64,000 nucleotides of DNA from the NCBI RefSeq assembly GCF_018977255.1, contig NW_024704743.1, positions 3,412,001 through 3,476,000 of the forward strand, written 5' to 3'. The DNA is from Callorhinchus milii. Lineage: Eukaryota. The translations under genes were made by a program, and so were the position numbers. Below the pieces are notes generated by a model. It saw only the letters and a program-made list of their open reading frames with translations. It ran no database searches and had not been told where the DNA came from. Within the stretch, counting starts at the first letter, position 1. Each line of letters opens with the position of its first letter. This document shows, piece after piece, positions 51,934 to 62,800 of this stretch.

Positions 51934-53815
51934 TGTGGTCAGGGGAGCGAGCACCAGCACAGACACGATGGGGAGAGAGCAGGGGGACGGGATTAGAGAA
52001 GAGAGCTCCAGTGGGATAGCGAACACTTTTTTTTTGGTCAGCCACGCGTCTGACATATGCGGAAACCCATCATCATTTTTAAGAGTATCCAAATCAAGCT
52101 GAGATTTCCATGCATCCCACCTACACTTGGAAATCCCAAAGATTGAGTGTTGGAATGGAATGTGCTCTCTCTTCCTGGAGGAATGCATCCTGATTCCCTA
52201 ATTCCGGAGAGTATTAGGTGAAGGTCAGCCAAGTCTTGGGGACCCCAGAGTGTGCGTTGCAGTAACTGCTGGAGTCTAACCAGCTAAAACTGCTTAACGT
52301 GCGATTGATATTGCTGTCTGGCAAACGTTCACGCCTCTTGTATAACTAGGACCACCCTACCCATTAGGGCTTTGGATTGCAGGGTTAACAGGAGCTGAGT
52401 GGGATGACTCCCTGCCCCCAGTGACTGGTCTGCCCTTCCAGGTTCTGCCGATGAGCCAGGCCGGGCTGTGCTGTCATCAGCAGTGCCCTGGAATACTGCA
52501 GACCCGCCTGGCTCAGGAACCGGACTACTGATACGCCACAGATTCTGACATTCCGTAGCCAAGCATGTTACCTTGAGCTCCAAGGAGACCCAAGGAGACC
52601 CGCTTACCTCTCTCCCCAAGGAGGAAAGAATGAGCACCAACACAGACATGATGGTGAGAGAGCTGGAAATGGGTTTAGAGTAAAGAGCTCCAGTGGGGGA
52701 AGCAAACACCAGCACAGACATGATGGGGAGAGAGCAGAAAATGGGTTTAGAGTAGAGAGCTCCAGTGGGGAGAGAGCACCAGCACAGTCACGATGGGGAG
52801 AGAGCAGGGAATGGGATCCAGTGGAAACTCCGATTGGCTGAGCATTCCAATTCTCCTGGTCCTGAGAATTTCTTGCACCACAAGTGGTGAGTGCAGTTTC
52901 ATGTGTTGGGTGTGGGTGGCTCTGGGGGAGGAGAGGTGAGACGTGCCAGATGCACTCTCTCACCATTGGGAAAGAAAGTCCATATTAGTGAATAGCAGGA
53001 TCACTGCCCACAAAGCGGGCATGGCAAAGGTTTCTGAGCAAATTCTATACTGAGGGACAGTCAGACCCGGGGTCGGTGCCCAGCGCTGATATTCTGTGTT
53101 AATTACAGACCTGGGGAACTATACAGCTGCCCTGACTACAGATTTGCCAGAAGTGGAGAACTATGCACATGTGGAAGATGAAATGGCAGAAGAATCAGAA
53201 CAAGCGAGTGTAAGGGGTGAGTATGAGAGTGAGGTGTCGACAGCGATATAGAGTTCGGTTATAAAGCAGGAGAGAAGGTGGTGGAGCCAGGCTGGTAAAC
53301 TGCGTGCATGGCCAGCACCCCACCACCATGAATGGTCTCATCCAGAGTGATTACTGAGATGGCTCTTCCATAAATTAGGTCCCCCAAGACCAGGGTATAT
53401 TTCAAAGTTTATTTACCACATTGCCGTGAGCGCCAAGCTTCAGATCACCCAGTAAACTGCAGCTGAAGACTTGCCTTTATCAGACTCCGCATGTCCCTGT
53501 ATATCGAACTTGTTTCATCCTCCTTTTTGGGGTATGAGGGAAGCGGGATCTCCTTGGACCTGAACTGGCTCCAATGTGTCCTGCTTGGCAACGGAATGTT
53601 GGAACCAAGCCCACCTCTTTGGCGGACTCCAGTTCGATTCCTGAGCCAGGCGGGTCCACAGTATTTCAGGGCATTGCTGATGACTGCACAGCCCAGCCTG
53701 GCTCGTCGGCAATACTCGGAATGGCAGACCAGTCACTGCGTCAGGGAATCCTCCCACTCAACTCCTGGTAACCCCACAAGCCAAAGCCCTAACGGCTAGG
53801 ATGGTCCTAGCTGGG
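50860..53815. repeat. Unclassified local repeat: copies at about 50860-51265 (+), 52115-52610 (+), 53535-53815 (-)
   Basis: Shared ttagggctttgg..gggttaacaggagctgagtgg..cagtgactggtctgcc..catcagcagtg.cctgga. Confidence 0.8.
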
Positions 53816-56800
53816 CAAGCAACTGGAATGCTTTAGAGAAAATCGTAGTTATCACGACTTTTTTGGTCACCCCATAACAATCGAGTTGGCGTTTTATAAT
53901 GATATATCTAATTTATTACAGATTACCGTTCTCTCTGGATGCGTTTGTGAGTCCCAGATTATTGTGATGTTTCCTTTGGATGTCACTTTTGCTGATTGAA
54001 AAAGCTGTTTTTTACATTAATATCAAAGTTATTACAAATTGTCCAGTGAATAAATATATATATATACATATATATATAGCTACATTGTTATGTTGATTCA
54101 GGTCCTCAGCTGGACATGATGGCAACATGTGGTTTGCTCTTTCTGTGCTTGATGGCATAGTCATCATTTTCGATCAATGTTTTTCTTCAAAATCCTATTT
54201 TCATAAATACAGCTTGATCTTGTGCTGATATCATGAGAGCTTCTGTTTCAGCTCTCGGATCTCCAATGGTCAACCAGCCAGCTGTGTTATTATTATATAT
54301 TATATTATATTATTTTGCACACAAAATATACAGTCAATTCTCTTTACAGTATATCGAGTGAATCGCTTTGAGACGTCTCAAAGACACGCTAAGGTGCTAT
54401 ATCAAATGTGAGGATTATTATTATTTGTTTATTGTGTAGTAAGATGTTATTCTTTTGCAGAATTCCAGCAGGAGATGGATGAGGTTGAACAACAGCCTTT
54501 AGGTGAACATATGTTTTTACCGAATCCAGCCATGAGAAGTTCCCAAAGTGGTGAGTCCTGGAGAAGTGCAAGTGGCACCAGAGAGGCTCATTGAGGTTAT
54601 TAATTTTGCCTACACTGTACAGTATACCCAGCAATGGTTTTGAGACATCCTCCTGATATGAAAGGTGCTGTATCAGATCAAAAGATTATAATAATCTTTG
54701 CATTTGATATAGCACATTATCACGTCTTTGAGACATCTCAAAGACATGCTAAGGTGCTATATCAAATGTGAGGATTATTATTATTTGTTTATTGTGTAGT
54801 AAGATGTTATTCTTTTGCAGAATTCCAGCAGGAGATGGATGAGGTTGAACAACAGCCTTTAGGTGAACATATGTTTTTACCGAATCCAGCCATGAGAAGT
54901 TCCCAAAGTGGTGAGTCCTGGAAAGTGCAAGTGGCCCCAGAGAGGCTCATTGGGGTTATTAATTTTTCCTACACTGTACAATATACCGAGCAAATGGTTT
55001 TGAGACATCCTCCTGATATGAAAGGTGCTGTATCAGATCAAAGGATTATAATAATCTTTGCATTTGATATAGCACATTATCACCTCTTTGAGACGTCTCA
55101 AAGACATGCTAAGGTGCTATATCAAATGTGAGGATTATTATTATTTGTTTATTGTGTAGTAAGATGTTATTCTTTTACAGAATTCCAGCAGGAGATGGAT
55201 GAGGTTGAACAACAGCCTTTAGGTGAACATATGTTTTTACCGAATCCAGCCATAAGACGTTCCCAAAGTGGTGAGTCCTGGAGAAGTGCAAGTGGCACCA
55301 GAGAGGCTCATTGGGGTTATTAATTTTGCCTACACTGTACAGTATACCCAGCAATGGTTTTGAGACGTCCTCCAGGTGCTGTATCAGATCAAAAGATTAT
55401 AATAGTCTTTGCATTTGATATAGCACATTATCACGTCTTTGAGACATCTCAAAGCGCTTCACAGAATATACTGCAAAGAGCAGTGGCTGTATATTTTGTG
55501 GGCGAAACGCAGCAGCCAATTGCGCACAGTGGCGTCCCACAAACAGTCGTGGATTGAATGACCAAGCTATTTTTTTAAAAAATATATTTTTTTGAGGGAT
55601 TATTGCCCCGGAAAAACAATTGGCCAATAGACTAACAACCGGGTTCCTACTTACTGCTTGGCAAACAGAGGCTTGTGGAGTAAGGAAACTTGCCCAACAT
55701 TTTGCTTGTGAGGCCAATGCTCAAACCACTAAGCTACAGGACTCCACTTATTATTCTTATTCTTATTACTGTTGTTTATTTGCAGTGATGACAGCTAACA
55801 TCAGTCACGAGCCACTGGATGAGGATGCAGATGAAGAAGGTAATTTAGATACAAGCTGAACCCAACCCACAGAGTGAGTAGGTTTACTTTCTTTAAAAAA
55901 ACATCTCTTTTTGGTATGCACTCTTTTCATAAAAAATAAAAGAACAAAGATCTGACCAGCTGGCTCCAGAGACTGGAGTCTCCGACAGTCTCTCTTCAAC
56001 GACACACCCTGGATCAGGTATCGTTGGACTAAGGTCACCTCCTGCTGCCCTTCTCCCTGCTCGGGGTCAAGGCCCGGCCTTTGTCCAGATTTATCCGGTG
56101 TGACGGGCTCTGTATAAATACAAGTTGTTGTTGAAAGGAAAGCTCTTTAGATGAGTGAGTTTTTGACAGTCATTACTGTCAAGTGTAGTGACTGTTTTAT
56201 GCCTTTTAAAAAAAAAGGCAGCAGATAATTTTCACACCACAAAATCCCACACATGGCAAATGAACCGATTAATCTGTTAGCCATAACCCCAGGAAAAACT
56301 CCCTTTTTTCTAAGAGCATCGTGGAGTCATGGAATCCACTTGATAGGTCACTGACTGGACCTCGGTCTAATCTGAAGGATAGTTTGTGAAGAGAGAGAGG
56401 AATTGTTCGACGTGGTGAGAGGCAGGACAGGGCTTTGTTTGCTACCCAACAAAAGGCATTTCACCTCTTCACCTCAGCAAATATCACTCTTCAAGCGAGT
56501 TAATAACTCTCAGCCTCACAGACAGGGGCTTTGTGTCTAAGCTTTACCTTCCGTGCTTCTGTTGTCTTACAGGATTCCAGGAGGGTTCACGGGAGCTTCA
56601 AGATGTATGTCTGGGGCAACATTTGTTTCTACCCAATTCAAGCATACCATCAAGTCCAACAGGCACCGAACCCCAGGGTGGTGAGTCCTGTAGTGTAGCA
56701 CCAGGAAGGCTCTCAGAGCCCATTCCTCTCCTGTCTTATTGGTCAGGGTGTGATGGGCAATGTGGTAGGAGGATAGAAGTGGTGAGGAAAGAAATCACTG

Positions 56801-59800
56801 TGAGGAACAGTGACGTGCAGGGTCAATGCCCAGCACTGATAATAATAATACTTTACAGTGTATCCTTTGAAGCGCTTTGGGATGTCCTCCTAATATGAAA
56901 GGCGCTGGATCCAATAATAATCATTGCATTTGATATAACGCCATATCACGTCTTTGAGACGTCTCAAAACACTTCACAGAATACACTGTAAAGTAAATTG
57001 ACTGTATATTTTGTGGGCGAAACGCGGCAGCCAATTGCACGTAGCAGAGTCCCACAAACAGCCGTGGATTGAGTGACTAAATTATTAAATAACATTCTGA
57101 TATTCTATACTGCGGGACAGTGATATGCGGGGCCAGTGCCCAGCACTGATATTCTGTGTTAATTGCAGACCTAGCGAGGTTCACATACCCCGTGAATCAT
57201 GATTCACTGGAAAGCGAGTCCATTGAAGATGAAGAAATATTGGGAGGAGCCCCCACATGCGGTGAGTGAGCATCTAAGCGCTCTGAGACGCTATCCTGCG
57301 TACAGGGCGCTATATAAATGCAAGTTATTGTTGTTGTTGTTCCTGTTACACTGCATCTCTCCCTTTCGCCCGGGGGCTGGTGTGTGAAGCGAAGGGCTAA
57401 TGATATGAAGGCAGGAGAATACTGATGCATAGGAACAGAGTTAAATGTGACAATAACAATACTCCTTACATTGCGTGTGCCTGTCTGGTGCAGTGGTAGC
57501 ACTCTCTCTCTCTTTCTCTCCCTCTCTCTCACCTCTGAGTCAGAAGGTTGTGGGTTTGAGACCCACGTCGGGACTTGGAAACATATAGTTTAAGCTGATG
57601 CTCAAATGCAACGCTGTGGTGGGGGGGGGTGTTGTATGTCGGAGGTGCTGTCCTTCAGATGAGACTTTTTACTGAGATCCCGTCTACCTGTTCAGGTGGA
57701 CGTTAAAGATCCCGCGGCGCTATTTGAAAAGAGGAGGGAGTTTCTCTCTCCTGGTGTCCTGGCCAACAATCCTCCAAAATAAAAAAAATTGATCATAATA
57801 ATAATGATTATATAGAGATACACAGGTGGCCGCACAAGGAAACAATCATTTCCTATATGATGGCATTCTGCTCTGATAGAAACTCTCAGTCTCACAGTCC
57901 GGTGGTTTTCTGTCTTATCCTTGGTGATTCTGTTCTTTAAACGCTACGAGATGCTGCCGCATGTGAATGGTGCTATAAATGCAAGTTGTTTGTTTGTTCT
58001 CTTACCAGCAATCCAGCAAGAGGCATGTGAGCAGGAGGCAGAAGGGTTTCCAATGAGTCCCCTGGCAGTCTCTAGCCCAGTAAACCCTGAAACGTGTCCC
58101 CAGTTTGGTGAGTCCTGGAGAAGTGAGCGTAGCTGCGGCAGGCCCTGGGGTGCTGTTGGGCATGAGGTGGTGGATCAGGTGCTGTGAGCAGCTAGAGATG
58201 GGCAGAATGTCACTGTGAGGTGACATTTTACAGTGCCTTCCATGTCGGGGGCATCTCAGAGCTTCACAGAATGGCTGGGGGTGTGGGAGGTAACTGAGGC
58301 AGGAAGTGGGATGAGGGGAAAGGCAATAAAATAGGAAGGTCTTTAAAATGGGGAGGGAGGAGGGACTTTGGGAGGGAGGGGACTAGGCGGAGGGACTTTG
58401 GGAGGGAGGGGACGAGGCGGAGGGAAGCGCAGAGCGAGGGAGGCGGAGTGACTCCGGGGAGGCAGGGGGAAGAGACGGAGGGACACTGTGGAGACGGGGG
58501 TGAGGTGGAGGGGTTCCGGAAAGTAAGTGGGTGAAGCAGATGGACTCTGGGAGAGAGGGAGGGGGGAAGAGAGGCGGAGGGACTCTGCGATAGAGTTCCA
58601 AAGAGTGGTGGCAGAATGATGGGGCGGGTGGGGCAGGATCAGGAAGCAGGCTCGGGATCACTGAGCAGAGGCAGCTGGGGTTGCAGGGGATCGCGGAGGG
58701 AGGATGGGGCAAGGCTGTGGAGGGAATTCAATGCGAGAGCAAGGATCTGCAAGTCAATCCAAGGTTGTGGCTATCAACTGATATTGTGTTTTGAATTACA
58801 GGCTGGCTGAAATACACACACCCTGAGCAGCGCGTTTTACCAGGTGGAAACATATATAAAGATGACCAAATAATGAGGGGAGCCCCAGGATGTTGTGAGC
58901 GAACTTTCTGTTACTTTTCGTCTGCTGAGATTGGTGTGTGAGATGGTGGGTAGGTCAGCAGCAGGGTGGTGGGAGTCAGGATTGGCTGGTCTCAGTCGTG
59001 GTGAGTTGACTGAAGTTAATAGGTTAACAAGATATCTGGTGTGTAGACAGAGGATGGTGTCAGCATTACATACAGCATCTTGGGATGTCCTCCTGACATG
59101 AAAGGCATTATACAAATGTAATTTGTTGTTGCATTACATGTGAGACAACAAACCACACCAGTAATGGTTTCAATCAATAATAATAATAATAGTAATCCTT
59201 GAATTTGATATAGCGCCTTATCATGTCTTCGAGACGCCTCAAAGCGCTTCACAGAATATATGGTAAAGTGGATTGGCTGTGTATTTTGTGGGTGAAATGA
59301 GTTCTTTACTAAAATATAAACAAAAGTGCATAACAAAATCTCAGTTGAAGTACAGTCAAGTAGAGTAACGACAAATTGATATTATGATGACTTAATAAAG
59401 TCGGAAGTAACGCAGAGAGTAGGTATGATCAGTTACCTTTTCTGGGAGGTTTGGCACTAAGTCTATCTTTCCTCCACGCTCTTCTTCACCAAACGTAGCT
59501 AAACTTCCAACTATTACACCACAAAGTTAGTCCATGTGAACCTCACAGGCAAAAGCGGAGTTCAATGCTTATTTTGCCCAATCACAGTTCACAGCTGAAT
59601 TGTCTTATCGTATTTTGGAACCATTCCATCCAATCTCCTTTCCATACACAGGGTATGCCCATGTGTCATGCCCTAACCCTAAAGGAATTTGGGGTTCATT
59701 TATGTTCTAACAGATTGGAGGGTGAGAGGTTTACCTCGACACTGAATTGTCTTATTTTTACACCCGAAGTAGTAAAATCCTTTCAGTATCTTGTTGTAGC

Positions 59801-62800
59801 CAATACTGCTGATACCTGCCTTTGTAACTGGGAACACTCAGCAGGTCAGGCAACCTTTATGGAGAGAGGAAAGTGAGACCATCGTTTCAGGTCGGTGATC
59901 TTTCGTCAAAAGACACTAAGTAGGTTAGGCAGCATCTATGGAGAGAGGAAAGTAGGTTAATGTTTCAGATGGATAACCTTTCATGGAATCATAAAATTAT
60001 ACAGCACAGAAGGCCATTTGGCCCATCATATCTGTGCTGGCCCTTTGAAAAGAGCTATCCAAATCAATCCCACTCCCCCGCGCTCCCCCCATAACCCTGC
60101 AAACCTGTCCTCCCCAAATAATTACTTTCTTAAAAGTTATTACCGAATCGGCTTCCACCACCTTTTTAGGCAATGCATTCCAGTTCCGAACAACCTCACA
60201 GTGTGAAAAAATTTTCTTTGATGAAAGGTCATCGACCTGAAACTTTAACTCACTTTCCCAACGACTTCTGTTTTTATTGATGCTATTATCTGTTGTCCTT
60301 ATCAGCACAATCCAAATGAGGGAAGGATAACACCTATCTGTCAGATCCACCAAGACACGTTTACAACAAAGCAAGGACACAGCACCAATACATGTAGTTA
60401 ATCTCCCTTCCCACATTCCAAAACTGGTCTCACTCAGTTTTTCACATCCAGCCCCACATCAAGCAATAATTTTAACTTTCCTTACAAGAGTCAGTGTGGA
60501 AAGGCATTTTTCAGACTGTCAGAGTGTGGTGAGCGGTGTCTACAAGGCTGTGTTGGGGCTACTCTTATTTACTATAAATTATTATTGTAATAAACATCGA
60601 TGATCAAGGATTGAGGGAATAATTTTGAAATTTACCGAGACACTAAATTGGAAGCAAGTTGTAACAAGGGTCGGGAACAACTGCAGGACGACCATAGATA
60701 AACAGATAAACGAGCAGGGTGGGCAGCTCAGTGGCAGATGCAGTTGATTAATGAAAAATGTGAATTGTTATATTTTGATATTAAGAATAAAGAATGGAAA
60801 TTCACCTTGAATGATCAGATTTTGCATGGAGCAGAGGTTGACCTTAGTGCAGATACACAGGTCACTAAAGGTGGACACACAAGGAAACAAACATCCTCTT
60901 AACTCTTCATACCAGTAAATATGAGTCTCTCAATATGATGCCATTCTGCTCTGACAGTAACCCTCAGCCTCACAGTCAGGTGGTTTCCTGTGCATGCATT
61001 GCCCTCAATGCTTCTGTTCTCTTAACAGCGTACATGATGGAGACAACTAATCGCGAGAATGAGCCTTTTCTAATGGCATGTTTTTTGGAAAGTCCAATTG
61101 GAGCATCCAGCCCGGTGATCCCGGGATCAGTCCCGCAGTACGGTAAGTGTTGGCACAGTGCGAAAGGCAGGAGGCAGCCTCTGGGACCTCATTCCTCTCC
61201 TATCTTATTGGGCGAAGAAGAGGGGAGAGGGAGGATGGGCAATATGGTAGCCAGGGGATAGAAATGAGAAAAAGGAAGTTACTGATATTCTGTACTGTGG
61301 GACAGTGATGTGTGGGGTCAGGGCCCCACCACTGATATTCTGTTTCGTTATAGAAGGCACAGTTCCTCAGAGACCAGGCAGCGTGAGCTTTGAAGATGAA
61401 ATAATAGCAGGAGCTCCCAGATATGGTGAGTTTCCCGTCAGTGTCTGTCCCTCTGCCCGAGGTCCGGTGAGGGGGACAGTAACCTGAATATTCCTGTTCT
61501 CTGTTTCCAGAGTTTCTCCGGGAGGATGTGACTCAACGATCTCCAGCATCTCAATCGCCCCCGAGAAGGCCGATAGCTGCACTTGGTAAGAGCCGCCTCG
61601 ATGTTCCAATCGCCTTTCTCGTCGGTCTCCCCAGTATGAAGCTCTGAGGGGCTGGGGGGGGGGGGGGGGGGCAGAGGGTGGGGGGCAGAGGACAGCATTT
61701 ACTGTGGACAGTAACCTGAATATCTCTGTTCCCAGAGTTTCCCCAGGAGGTTCTGGCCCAACAATTTCCAGTAGCTCAGACGCCCCCAAGAAGGCAAATG
61801 GCTATACCTGGTAAGAGCTGCCTCAATGTTCCCATCACCTTCCTCGCCGGTCTCCCCAGCTCAACCGCTGATCAAATCCAATTCATTCAAAACTCCGCTA
61901 ACCACATCCTCACCTGTCCTAAATCTTTGAAAGTGGCAGGCAGGACAAGTTAAAAAAGCTATTGAAAAGCATATGGGATCCTTGGTTTTATAAATGAAGG
62001 TATTGACTATAAAAGGAAGTTATGTCGAACATTTACAAATGACTGCTTAGGCCTCAGCTGTTTTGTTGAGTTGTGTCCAATTCTGGGCACCACACTTTAG
62101 GAAGGATGTCTGGACCTTGAGAGTGTGCAGAAAATATTTACAATAATGATACCAGAGATGAGGGACTGCAATTATATGGAGAGACTAGAGAGGCTGGGAT
62201 TAATCTCCTTAGCGCAGAGATGGTTGAGGGGAGATTTGATAGAGATGTTCAAGATTATGAGGGGTTTTGATGGAGTAGATAGTGAGAAACTGTTTCCTCT
62301 GGTGGGTGGGTCAGTAACCAGAGGTCACAGATTTAAGATAATTGGCAAAAGAACCAGAGGCGAGATGAGGAGAAATTGTTTTACCCAGAATTGTCACTGT
62401 CTGGAATGCACTACCTGAAGGATGGTGGAAGCAGATTCGATAATAGCTCTCAAGAGGGAATTAGATAAGTATTTAATAAGGAAGCAGGGGAGTGGGACGA
62501 GTTGGTAGCTCTTTCAAAGAGGCAGAGGCACAGGCACAATGGGCCAAATGGTCTCCTTCTGTTCTGTAATATTCTATGATTCTTTATATTAAACTCCGCA
62601 GCCCATCATGTCAGTCCTTGCCAAAACACCGTCCTGGGTGAAGGATGCTATATAAATGCAAGTTGTTGTTGTTGCCAGGCTCCACATTACAGAACAGATC
62701 AATTTCAAGATCCTCAGACTCGCATATAAATCACTTCATGCTCTGGGGCTTCCCTACCTCTCTGACCTCCTCACACCCACTCCTCTACCCATCCCTTTCA

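Noticed and set aside
54102..54128. Possible extra 27-nt phase-1 exon (GPQLDMMAT)
   Set aside because: Weak donor (t|gtggtt) and no similarity to the other exons.
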